Assembly: GCA_002633005.1 (NCBI GenBank)
Contig: NMRA01000494.1
Coordinates: forward strand, 206,187 to 270,186
Length of the DNA stretch: 64,000 nt
Origin: Phoronis australis
Lineage: Eukaryota; Animalia; Phoronida
Direction: 5' to 3'
This document shows positions 1 through 13,100 of this stretch, one piece after another; position 1 is the first letter of the stretch; each line of letters starts with the position of its first letter. The notes beneath the pieces were generated by a model that was not told the DNA's origin, did no database searches, and saw nothing but the letters and a program-made list of their open reading frames with translations. Position numbers and translations under genes: made by a program.

Positions 1-925
1 TTCTAATTTTTTAACGCTTTGCGTCAACAGTATTTTCGTTCAGGCTATGACGAAAACACATTTTAAAGAAGGTGTTTCTTGTAAGTTATTACATGTACCA
101 TACCGGGTTACTTAGCTCAACTTTGCTGCACATGTACATTCGCAATGAGACAGTGCACGTACGTGTAATGCTGGCTGCGGTAAATGCGACGTACATGTAG
201 TCACCATTTCAACTTACATAAAGTGTCTATTAAATTCAACGCTTCATATGCAAAGAAACATTTGGACAATTAGACAACCAAATTTGTATAACAAGAGTAA
301 GGAATGTGAATCTGACTTCAGTTCTAGTAGTTTCAATAGGTTTCCAATGGTAAGGTGTCTGTCATACAGGAATCTTTCCTGAGCTGGTGAACAAGGAACT
401 CAGGTCTTGACAAGAATCGTCGATGATTTTCGGAATCCGATGCCAAGATACAAAGTTGTGACCAAACAGTTCTTTAATTTCACAGCAAAAAGATGAAATG
501 TTATAACGCGGTAGGAATTTTTCGATGATTAACTGGAATAACGCTTGCAATGACGGCTTGAGACCACAAGAAACCGTAGCCCGTCAATACCTACACGTAC
601 ATGTATGACTCGCATGATCTCAATAACAAACTTGACACACTTGGGAAGTTTATTTCGAGTCAACTCTGACGCGTTTCGATGATTCGTAACGTGCCAGAAA
701 AGAACCGCCAGAAGGTGACGCTAGGGGCGTTCCATAAATACCCCCATTCCGTGACGTAAAAGACTCGCGGAATGACTTGGTGTGGTCTTTTGTCATCTCG
801 TTAGCTTCGCAACATTATTATTCTACGGAACGCACTCCACGCTATAAAAATCAAGCGTTACTAATGCCTTGTGACCAGTAAGTTTCCTTTAGTTATACGT
901 CTGTGTTGGCAATGAATATAATTAC

Positions 926-1153
926 CATTCCCTGAAATGGAGTGCTTCAAATTCAGTGTGTAACAGCTCCGAGTCGGATGAAACTCTTTAGTAGTCAATG
1001 ATCCTGTCCCGTTTCTCGAGTAATAATACCGCCTTTGATAAAAGGATGCATGTTGTCCGCCATTACTGTGTCGTATAGTCCATCTAAAGTCGTAGGTTAA
1101 GGCCGTTTGTTTCAATGCACAGAAACTCTTCTCGAAATCACATGCTACAGGAT
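926..1153 (-). CDS. Exon: N-terminal part of a second MAM domain
   Basis: ttttttgcag|AT...G|gtaatt, 228 bp, phase 1-1; DPVACDFEKSFCALKQ...FRW... carries the MAM CDFE-x2-3-C start. Confidence 0.7.
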
Positions 1154-4100
1154 CTGCAAAAAGGTCGATACCTCAGATACATGCGTATAAAGCAAATATT
1201 ATTCTTCACAGAGTGATGTACCCGATTTCGGAATATTAAGTAGTCACACGGTGATTGGGGATACATCATGTACTGTCGTTATTCAATTCCATTGTGAGAT
1301 GGTTCTCGACTCTCAGTAAAAATCCTATACCACGGTTGGTAGACTGATTCGTTTTTTTTGTGGCGAGAATTAATTCACTACAAAGAGTCTTTCGCAAAAA
1401 GATATTTTAAGCTTGGTATAGATTCCACGCACTGTGATGCTCAATTTCGACGTTATTTATTTTTGAAGGGTGATTCGTCAACAGATCTGTGTACCATCAA
1501 AACTGCATTTGAGTACATTGGACACACTAAAGGTGCAGAATTTTCGGAACAGTTTCAGATTTCTGCGTTTATACCAAGCATCGAAAACTCGAACTATCCA
1601 ACATCTTAGTTGGAGGACTACACTTAACTTAAATAATTAGTTTAATGTATGCCGCAATGGCAATACATGTACTGTACCTGCATGTATGGCGAACTACTTG
1701 TTCCCGCCTGCTTCAAAATTTGTGTACCTTTTCTAAACTAAAAGCAAATCTTCAAAGGTGTTCATGAATCTCCACTGGAGAATTCTTTGCGCCAGAAGAC
1801 ATGTTCTTAACCATTCACGAGAGCTTGCAATAATTCTTTATTGCAAGCGTTTGTAAACAAGTACCACCTTAATTCCTGTCAAAAACCCTCGCCTGTTGCA
1901 TAACAAACTGTTTGGTCTGTAAGTTTATGCATGCCACAGACCACAGGCATTCCACTTAAACGTTGTATTCTTCTTACCAACACATGTTACTGGCGTTCCA
2001 GACCACGTGCCATCTGCCTGACACGTTCTTCTCAGACTTCCACTGTATCCGTTCACGGTCTCAACCCCGAATTTACATGCGAAGCGCACAATGGAGTTGA
2101 ACACGGTGTCCTTGCCAATCTTTTTACCGAAAGGTGGCGTCTCAAGTAGTCCACAGTCAGGAACTGGTGAAAAAAGCCAAGATGTTAATGCTTCGCTTCT
2201 GCTGTGGCGTATTTTGTCACATTCGACACATATTGCAGCATATTGATAATATGTAGCGAGCGTGATGGTGTACAACGTCAACGCATTCAGATATTGTTCA
2301 CCCCTTCAGTACACAACACCAGTCGCCACTAGTTTTTTTCCGGAATTAACGGTGCTCCTCACAGTTGGTGTTTTTTGATTTGGCGCTAGGTCCACCCATA
2401 ATCAGGAGTATGTAGAGGGTATTTTTAAAAGTTCAAAACAAGGTTACAGCCAATCAAAGAGCAAAGAAGACATAGGTGGTGGTGAGTGTGATTTTTGCTG
2501 CGTAATTACTTGATGTCACGAAGACATTGTGCATCTTATTACCATATTATTCCCTTATTTTGCAAAGTGAGACCTTGACTTCAGTACTAGAAGGAGTTTC
2601 ACATTGTCTTATTTATTTTATTGTTTGCCATAGTAACGTAAGGGTGCCAGTGAATAAACACAAATCTCAAATACAGAATATTCACCACACCTTCCACTCT
2701 GAATGGTCTTACTCATTCAGTGTATGCCATAGCATAACAATATTATAATATAATTCTCACTCAATGTAAATATGATAACCATGTCTTGGTTTAGAAAAAA
2801 ATAATATCTTCTATTATGAGATTCCATTTCCCAGATTAGAGGATTTATCCACTCATGTGGAGTTGACAAGTGCAGGAGAACATGTCCTACTTCCACCTTT
2901 ACATTTGTAGGCTTAAACTGTAATTTAGCATGCAGGCTTCTAGCCAGGCTAATGATTGTTTCAATTTCGATGTCCGATGAGGACATGGTTAAAAAATTCT
3001 GTAGGGTAAACGTACGAGAGTTCAAAAAACTAAAATACAGTACCGTACCAGTAGGCCTAACACATCAAATGCTACAAAGACAATAGCCCCTATGCATACA
3101 GCGAAATTTCGTCACGCCTTTCGATATACGAGAGGGTATGAAAAAATGCATTCGAACATCCATGTACGACTCGCTGTTTTCAGTGGTGAATGGATTGTTA
3201 CTGGATAAAGTAACCCAGTGGTGGAGTAGTGGTTTCGGCAGCATTTTGCTGCAAAATATAGCAAAATGAATAAATGCACAATGTCACATCGGGTCTCACA
3301 ATATTCTAGAACTACAGCTGCTCAACATTAAGTGCTTAAATCCACTTCTCTTATCAAAAACAACCTCATTTGTCTACCAGTAGTTAAAGTAGTACCGCAT
3401 GGACTGTTCCGGGACACATGTTAAATTAGCCGACATCGAGTAACCATCGTTTACTGGTTGATGCATACTACGTAAAATCGGGATAGCAATCACAGCATTA
3501 GTCGTCATCCATTGTGTTAGTGTAATAGTGGTGCTCCTGTCCCGTATTGCTCAGGTGTAATAAGGAATGATGAAGCGTTGCGTTTGTGGTGGTTGTGACA
3601 AATCAGGATTTGACCATGCTATGCAATTTTCACTTTTTCGCGAGACATCGGGAAAACGTGGATACGTTACGAGTTACTACAAAAAACTTGCGTGTTGACG
3701 GTCATGGCGCACTGGCGCTGGGTACGCTCTTACGTCACCCTGAAGTCTCTTTTCTTCTGTAGTTTTTTAGATATCGAATTAGCGATTGAGTTATGCCGTG
3801 CTATGAAGAAAGGTTTTCACGATGCCGACAATGAAGTTACTTGTCAAAACAAGGCATGTGGTGCTTTTAAACACTTTAAGCAATTTCACTTGTGAGAAAG
3901 TACCCCACAACGATTCCGTTTTAAGGACATTCTTGGCTTCTGTAATAACATTGTCCAGCATGGATTAACCATACACTAATTGTATTGAATAGCAGTGAAT
4001 TATAGTGTAGTGTACCGTACAATAATCAAATGTTATTCTCAAGCTAAACATATTATACAAGCGAACTCAACTCTCCGTGAAATAGCATTCAAGACACATG

Positions 4101-7100
4101 TACAAGAATCACCTTCACATGTTGGGTCACGCCCTGTCCATGTAGCATTTGACTGGCAATATCGTCGAGAATTTCCGTTCAGTAAGAAGTACTGGTTGCA
4201 TTGATAGGATGCGTAGCTACCGTAAGTTATGGTGTTCGTTATTACTCTGCCGTTTTCGGGAGTCACCAGCGGTGGGCAAGATTTTACTGAAAATAGACAT
4301 TTAGATTCCAAGGTATCCTATGCATTCCATTAGTAACGCATGGCATGTCATCAGTTGCAGCACTAATGGCCACAGAACAGGAAAATAATGAAACTTAAAG
4401 GAGATCCCTAGCACTAGTAAATTGCAAGTAAGTAAAGAAATGCAATCTCTCGTGAGGCAAAATGAACCAGAAGGAACGTTTAACGTTGGTTGTAACAAAC
4501 ATCACAGTGCATAGTAGAGCTATAGTATACGTACATACGCAACTGGCAGATGGAACACTCCAGTTGCCGCTCTTTTCACAGATAGCCACATGAGTGCCTC
4601 CAGCCAATTCGTAACCAACGCTGGTGCATTCATATAACGCAGTGTCGCCCTCGTCCACACCCGAATATTGAACACGTCCATGGACAGGAGTCACTGGTAC
4701 AGCACATGTAGACACTATAACACGTTCGCAAATGAAGCAATCAATTTTGAGGCGTCAACATTATGTTAACAAAAGCGTGTGTCCTACAGGTGCAGCAAGA
4801 TCTATTTCGTGACACGTTACCCCTGGGAAGAATAAAAGTATACGTCCACCGTAGCCACGTCATGGCTTAATATGATTTAACAACATCCCTTTAAATATCC
4901 CAACAGAGGGATGCAACGCTTTCATTAATAAAAGAACATATGTCAAGCACCATTTTAAAAGGTCTACAAACTAACTTTGTAAAACTGTAAATGAATTCAG
5001 GTGCACGAGAGACGGAATGGTCCGACAATCAGTGGCAGCAGATCCTCAATGTGATCACGACTGTTCACATAGTGCGATAAAAACTCGTAGATACTGAGAC
5101 AGAGGACAAGGAAATACGTTGGCATTAAGGGCACAATGGCTATAGGATCTGAACGAAAATCAGCGCCAATCAGGTTTTCGTCAATATGAACACAAGTCCC
5201 GATCTTTCATGCTTGTTCAAAAAGACTCATTTATGAAACAGGCCACTAAGGGGCGACGTTCAGGTCAATATGTCTGAATCAAGGCGCCGTCTTTATCAAA
5301 GAAACACAAACCGAAGTCGGAATCAAACGGAAGTCATTTGCTCGCACTCATTACTCTAGAGGGCGCAATCCTCCTAAGAAATGTGTGCTAATGTCAACGT
5401 CAGCCAATTTCAGCATCTTTCAAATTTCATAATAACCGTATATGAGGTGAAGCGGATGAAGGGGCGGGAGCCAAACATAAAAGCAAAAAGTATAAAAATG
5501 GCCTTCGGCGGTTAAAAAAGCGAGTCCATCGGTCACTTAAATGCAACTTATCCACTAAATTCCCTGAAGATATGTACACGTTCCAAGGAGCTCGATGCAT
5601 GTAGAAATAATATAGAGGTATCAGAAATATACATTGCCACTAGAAGGCACATTCAAAGTCGAATCCGTCCGAGCTCTTGCAGCTCCAATGCTGGGAACAA
5701 CGTTGTCTGTTAAATCTGACATCAAGTAGGTGTCTCCCTCTGCCGTTGTTCTTTGGCAGTACATGTGCCTTGAACCTATATCTGACACCGTAATTGGCTG
5801 CAAAATAAGAGCAATAAAGGCGGAACACCCGGGTTCAAAAAGGGGGAATGATGAAAAATTGGACACCTGTAGGCCGTGTAACGCCGAGTGAAAGTGTTTG
5901 AGGCTGGCCGAATAAAACTTGCCATAAAAGTTTGCCCTCTCGGCGTTTTTGGGGGTAAGCTGGATATTCGGAGTCCTGCAACCGCCAAGATGATTGACAT
6001 CACCAAGCTTATTTCGAGATGAACCAATTTCGCAGTAATTCAAAAATGGAGTGGCAGGACGGCGGATAAATCCGTCAAGAAGCGGGACTATCCCCCCAAA
6101 ACCTTTATAGTTGGCATTAGAAAGTAGTATATGGAACATATCGTTCATTTGCTTGCACACATGACTTCAGTGTTCAAAATGGGTTGTATTCCTTATATTT
6201 ATGTGTACCACGTTTGGCATGTCTACACGTTGTCTGTAGTTTGCATGTCAAGAGTTATACTAATATCATTTCAATAAAATTCCTACGATTATTACCTCTC
6301 CAGTTCAATAAGTATCCCTTGTCGGTTTTAGATGAATCTGTCGTCCACACCAGCCGAATACTGTCGGCATCCAGGATCACGTTTAACGCTAGGCGACCAG
6401 ACAGTCGTTCCAACAATGTCCCCCGTGGGTGGGTCTGACGATGATAAGTCATGAGTTTTCACCCGGGAATTGCGTATGATTGAACATAACCTAGCATGTT
6501 TTGTATCTAACTTATCATAAATCCTGTGTCTACATCTTTACTGAAATTTAGCATTTTTGTCAATTTTGAAAACTGCAGAACTTAATGTAGGCGACAGCTT
6601 TACTTCAACAGGATAATTTATGTAGATTAAAATAGATTTTACGCAATAAAAACCAACAAAGATGACGCTCTTTATCAAGTTTAGATCTCGTGAATTGCGA
6701 AAGCCTGCATTGTATTATTCAATGAACGTTAATCTCTGCAAACAAATCACATAATTATTACAGGAACTTACTAGATTCCAGAATCTATGCTTTGTTCTAC
6801 ATTACTCACGTAGATTTCTAAGTTGTCATGCACAAACTCTGTCTGGAAGTAAGTGAAGGAAAGACCAATCTTGTGATTTTTCAGGCCTACTATTGTCCAC
6901 GAGCATCTAGCGTTGTTATGGTAACCATCCGGATATCCAGGACTTGCTAAGACTCCTTGTGATCCGGTTACCTGAAGACTCGATGGACAATTGGCTGGAA
7001 GGCGACAACAACAATTGATTTGCCGTATTCTATTTAGCTAGATTCATTTTCCACTCGAAATACTGTTTTATGTTATGTTGGACCTGAGATTTGAAAAATT

Positions 7101-10100
7101 CACCGACCTCATGCTATCCCGAAGTTGCTCGAATTCCTCACGAAAAGCGCCTATTGATCAGNATGCAACGCTTTCATTAATAAAATAACATATGTCAAGC
7201 ACCATTTTTAAAGGTCTACAAACTAACTCTGTAAAACTGTATATGAATACGAGAGACGGAATGGTCCGACAATCAGCGGCAGCAGATCCTTAATGTGATC
7301 ACGACTGTTCACATGGTGCGATAAAAACTCGTAGATACTGAGACAGAGGACAGGGAAATACGTTGGCCTTAAGGGCACAATGGCTATAGGATCTGAACGA
7401 AAATCAACGCCAATCAGGTTTTCGTCAATATGAACACAAGTCCCGATCTTTCATGCTTGTTCAAAAAGACTCATTTATGAAACAGGCCACTAAGGGGCGA
7501 CGTTCAGGTCAATATATCTGAATCAAGGCGCCGTCTTTATCAAAGAAACACAAACTGAAGTCGGAATCAAACGGAAGTCATTTGCTCGCACTCATTACTC
7601 TAGATGGCGCAATCCTCCTAAGAAATGTGTGCTAATGTCTACGTCAGCCAATTTCAGCATCTTTCAAATTTCATAATATACGTTTATGAGGTGAAGCGGA
7701 TGAAGGGGCGGGAGCCAAACATAAAAGCAAAAAAATGGCCTTCGGCGGTTAAAAAAGCGAGTCCATCGGTCACTTGAATGCAACTAATTCACTAAATTCC
7801 CTGAAGATATGTACACGTTCCAAGGAGCTCGATGCATGTAGAAATACTGTAGAGGTATCAGAAATATACATTGCCACTAGAAGGCACATTCAAAGTCGAA
7901 TCCGTCCGAGCTCTTGCCGCTCCAATGCTGGGAACAATGTTGTCTGTTAAATCTGACATCAAGTAGGTGTCTCCCTCTGCCGTTGTTCTTTGGCAGTACA
8001 TGTGCCTTGAACCTATATCTGACACCGTAATTGGCTGCAAAATAAGAGCAATAAAGGCGGAACACCTGGGTTCAAAAAGGGGGAATGATGAAAAATTGGA
8101 CACCTGTAGGCCGTGTAACGCCGAGTGAAATTGTTTGAGGCTGGCCGAATAAAACTTGCCATAAAAGTTTGCCCTCTCGGCGTTTTTGGGGTAAGCTGGA
8201 TATTCGGAGTCCTGCAACCGCCAAGATGATTGACATCACCAAGCTTATTTCGCGATGAACCAATTTCGCAGTAATTCAAAAATGGAGGGGCAGGACGGCG
8301 GATAAATCCGTCAAAAGCGGGACTATCCACCCAAAACCTTTATAGTTGGCATTAGAAAGTAGTATATGGAATATATCGTTCATTTGCTTGCACACATAAC
8401 TTCAGTGTTCAAAATGGGTTGTATTCCTTATATGTATGTGTTCCACGTTTGGCATGTCTACACGTTGTCTGTAGTTTGCATGTCAAGAGTTATACTAATA
8501 TCATTTCAATAAAATTCCTACGATTATTACCTCTCCAGTTCAATAAGTATCCCTTGTCGGTTTTAGATGAATCTGTCGTCCACACCAGCCGAATACTGTC
8601 GGCATCCAGGATCACGTTTAACGCTAGGCGACCAGACAGTCGTTCCAACAATGTCCCCCGTGGGTGGGTCTGACGATGATAAGTCATGAGTTTTCACCCG
8701 GGAATTGCGTATGATTGAACATAACCTAGCATGTTTTGTATCTAACTTATCATAAATCCTGTGTCTACATCTTTACTGAAATTTAGCATTTTTGTCAATT
8801 TTGAAAACTGCAGAACTTAATGTAGGCGACAGCTTTACTTCAACAGGATAATTTATGTAGATTAAAATAGATTTTACGCAATAAAAACCAACAAAGATGA
8901 CGCTCTTTATCAAGTTTAGATCTCGTGAATTGCGAAAGCCTGCATTGTATTATTCAATGAACGTTAATCTCTGCAAACAAATCACATAATTATTACAGGA
9001 ACTTACTAGATTCCAGAATCTATGCTTTGTTCTACATTACTCACGTAGATTTCTAAGTTGTCATGCACAAACTCTGTCTGGAAGTAAGTGAAGGAAAGAC
9101 CAATCTTGTGATTTTTCAGGCCTACTATTGTCCACGAGCATCTAGCGTTGTTATGGTAACCATCCGGATATCCAGGACTTGCTAAGACTCCTTGTGATCC
9201 GGTTATCTGAAGACTCGATGGACAATTAGCTGGAAGGCGACAACAACAATTGATTTGCCGTCTTCTATTTAGCTAGATTCATTTTCCACTCGAAATACTG
9301 CTTTATGTTATGTTGGACCTGAGATGTATATATTTGAAAAATTCACCGACGTCATGCTATCCCGAAGTTGCTCGAATTCCTCACGAAATCGCCTATTGAT
9401 CAGTTCTCCGTGTACACGGTCCAACCGCTGTATTTTTCGAGTATGAAGTTGCATACAGAGGTCGTAGAGTGAAGGCAGATCTAGAAGACTCGTGAGAATA
9501 GACGTACTCTTTAGTTAATGGAATACCACCACCTGCCTCTAATGAAAGGCGTCATTAGTTTAGACCTTTCAAATCCTAACTACACGTTACAGTTATATCT
9601 TTTAACATTTTCTCAACACTGCTAGTGACCGGCTGTAAACCGTTGGCCCTGACGTAACCTGAACCTTCTTCCCATACCTTCACACACAAGGTCGGTCTTT
9701 ACAATGTTCCATGTTCCGTCTCTTTGACAGTAAAATGTGTGAGTCTCTGACCCGTACCCTCGCAATTTCAGGCCATGGTTACAGGTGTAAGTCACGTTGT
9801 TACCAGATGTCTTGTAGAACCTAGCACCATGTCTAATTGTTGGCGGTGGTGCGCACGTCTTAACTGAAAAAATATTACATACACTTTCCTCATAAAAGAA
9901 AAGTTGAAACTGAAGGCAAAATATTTTAAAACACTTTCAAACTGATATTCCTCAACTCACACACTGTTTCTCTCAATATTGCTTGGGAGACACAAACGCA
10001 TGGAAAAACTAATATTGATGTTGATGTTGATGATGGTGATGGTGACGGCGATGATGAAAGTGATGGTGTTGATGTTGATGACGATGATGATGACGAATAT

Positions 10101-13100
10101 GATCATGGTGATAGTAATGATGGTGATGGGGATGATGATGACGACGATGACGGCGCTGACGACGATGAAGGTGATGGAAGTGGTGAGGGTAAAGATTATT
10201 GTGATGATGATATACATGTAGTGTCTTTTATTACTTTGGCATATTTTTCAAAACTACCTGAATGTGCAGCAAATTTCTCAGTCGCAGCACTGTAATGCAA
10301 AAAAACGCTACATAGAGCCGCCATTTGGAAGAACGTTGAATCTACTACTCACTTATTACGGACTACGACACTAGCGTGTCTTATCTTACCAAAGTCCTCC
10401 TAGGAGCATGCCGAACAAGTGTACTACAAGTCAAGTACACTCAAAACTACTGACAAATTTGGCATACTGCAAGGATTCAGTCTTTAGCAGCCGATTTCAT
10501 AAAAGTGGTTTAATAAAACCAGGTTTAAGACTTAAATCTGGTGTTGCTAAACCTGGCCTAATTTGCATTTCACCAACACGTTTTAAAAGTCTGAAAGCCT
10601 GGTTTTGTTAGACCATGAAGTGGTTTAGTAAAACTTGGCTTAAAGTATCCAAGCCACCCCATTGTGTTGATCCGGAATAATCCAACAAAGAAACTATTGA
10701 AGTGCTTCAATGAAACCTTGATCACGTGGCTACACAATGGCACACAGCGGTAGAATCAATGCAGACATTTGCGAAAAGAGGCTAAAGGCTTTTCTCAGGA
10801 GGAAAAATGTTCCTTCCGATAACTGATCATAGAAAAAGCCAATCTCATAGTCGAGAACAATAAAATCTGTGCCAAATCAAGTCAACGTAAACAGCAGGCT
10901 TGGAGCTTTGATCCAGAATAAAGCCCAGAAAGATTCTGAAAATTTCATCAGTGAAAAAATTGCAGAGAAAAACAGCGAGGGACCCAGTGGCAGACCTAGG
11001 ATATCATGATGGGATATCTTTCATTTTGCATTGTCTGTGTCAACATAAGTACACACATTAAAATACTTGTTCACGACGGCAACACAGTATCTGCACACGT
11101 TTATTTTCGTTTCATTTTACTTTTTTGAGGCCAAAGTGGGGCACAGGGGCGGATCCAGGATTTTGAGTAAGGGAGGCCAGGGCAGAGTATTAGCCAGGGT
11201 TTTGCCGTCAAACATTCGCACCTCGGTATTGCCAAATGCATTGTGGGAGAATTTTAGGGGGTCCATGACCCCTATGGCCAGCGGCTCTAACTCCGCCACT
11301 GGGGCAGGACTCCCTTCCAGGCAACCTTATATCGAGAGCCAATTGAGATGGAACTCTGCCAGAATTATCATTAGATGCCTTTTTACTCGTACGAGTAGCG
11401 CTTGCAACGATGACGCTCTGCTCGCACCGTCATAGTCTGATAAAATACGAAGGACACCCTTCATTAGGTACTGGTCTACGTATAGGCGGATCGAGCGGTT
11501 CAAGGGGTCTGGTCACCCTTTTCCCTTGATTTTTGTGATATCAAACCAGTAAATTTTCAAATGGTTATTCCAGGTCGTCCTTTCTTAAATCCTTGATCCG
11601 ACCCCCTCCCCTTTAAAAATTCTTGTTTCCCTCTGTTACATGTACGCTTGATGTTGTGTCGTCCTAACATTGAAGATTGAAAATAATCCGTTCTTGCTCT
11701 ATAGCTGCGTCGTAAATGCACACCACAGCATCATTCAGTTACACCCAAGTCGTACAAGTCTGCATAATTTAACTGTATTAAACCTCGGTCTGAACAAGTG
11801 TAAAGTTTAACTTGGTATAAGTTCATAATACAGATCTAAGTAATATATACCACGTTAGTGAAATGAAAACTGACTTAGACCAGGTCTAAACTGGAGTTAA
11901 TCCAGGTTTTACTAAACCAATGCTCTAAAAGTTAAACCACCTTTATGAAATGTAGTTGATCTTTAAACCTGGTCTAAGTCCAGTTTAAACCAGGTTTAAC
12001 TTTTAACCACCTTTATGAAATTGGCCGTGACTAGGATCAACATGCACATTGTCATCTTAAAAGGATGAAAATATTGTTCCGATGACGTCATTCCTCGTAA
12101 TGTAACCTGCTAATTAATCACAGGCATCAATCTTGAACAACAAACCACTAATAAGCTAAAAGCCAATACACTCCCTATGTCAGATGTTGGATACAATGAT
12201 TCCCCACCGATGTCATGCAGTTTGCTAAACGCGTAGGCCAAGATTGCCCTTCCGGCTGACTTTGCCAGTGTTTTCAAAATGTCTTCTAAACCTTGTTAAG
12301 GTTGTACAGTAGCTGGGTTGCAAAGCATTATTTTTTCAGGTAATTGGATATATAAGACATTGTTAATATCTGTTAAAAGGCCCAACCAGGGTTGGTCTCT
12401 CCTTAATTTGGGGGAAAGATTTGTTCACGATCTGTTGTTTAAGCATAGTTGTTCAATAGTGTTCACCTGTTCGTCGATAATATCGGATATCACATGAACG
12501 ATACATGTACTTACAGGAAGATCCTCTACAGCTCGTTTGCTTGATCAGTCGGATGTTGTCTACTGCGGTAGCCCTGTTTGATCTAGTAGACGCACCTTTA
12601 ATGGCTTCAAATTCCAACTAAAAGCACCGTAATTATCAGTTAGCCCAACACCTTTGGACACAAATATTCACAGTGATAACACTATCATGTGTTGAACAGG
12701 TGAAACACGGACATGCTATACTGAATAATTGGGTGACAGGACAAACGACCACAGATAAGGCAACTGTTCACTGAATGGGTCTGACGTAATAGTGATATGT
12801 TGGAATGACAGTTTTAGAGAAAAGTCACTACGTAGGATTAATGCTGCCTTCAGTCTGCAAGGGCGATAATTACACGTCGTGGACCAATCAAGAAAAAGAG
12901 GTACCCCAGAAATATCCATCTAACAAGGATGAGCCCAAAATTTATTGTCATTAGAGTACGTTAGCCTACATGTATAAGTTCACTATCGTTGATTTTGACA
13001 GGGTTGTTAGGCTTAAAGTTAGGTGACTGGTTTGGACATTGAATATTTTAATATAAATAATAATAGGTCGATAACAGCGTGCAAAACATCAGAATCCTTG

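Larger units (their letters stand above)
4911..9403. repeat. Near-identical ~2.24 kb tandem duplication (4911-7161 / 7163-9403) joined by a single N
   Basis: Both units start atgcaacgctttcattaat and end gcctattgatcag; they differ only by scattered SNPs and small indels; exon offset 2235 bp. Confidence 0.95.

Noticed and set aside
5621-6160. 179-aa minus-strand ORF (and 7858-8330 counterparts)
   Set aside because: No recognisable motif, intronic, and broken by frameshifts in the near-identical second copy
9957-10221. Hydrophobic Ile/Met-rich ORFs resembling membrane proteins
   Set aside because: Translations of the (GAT)n microsatellite
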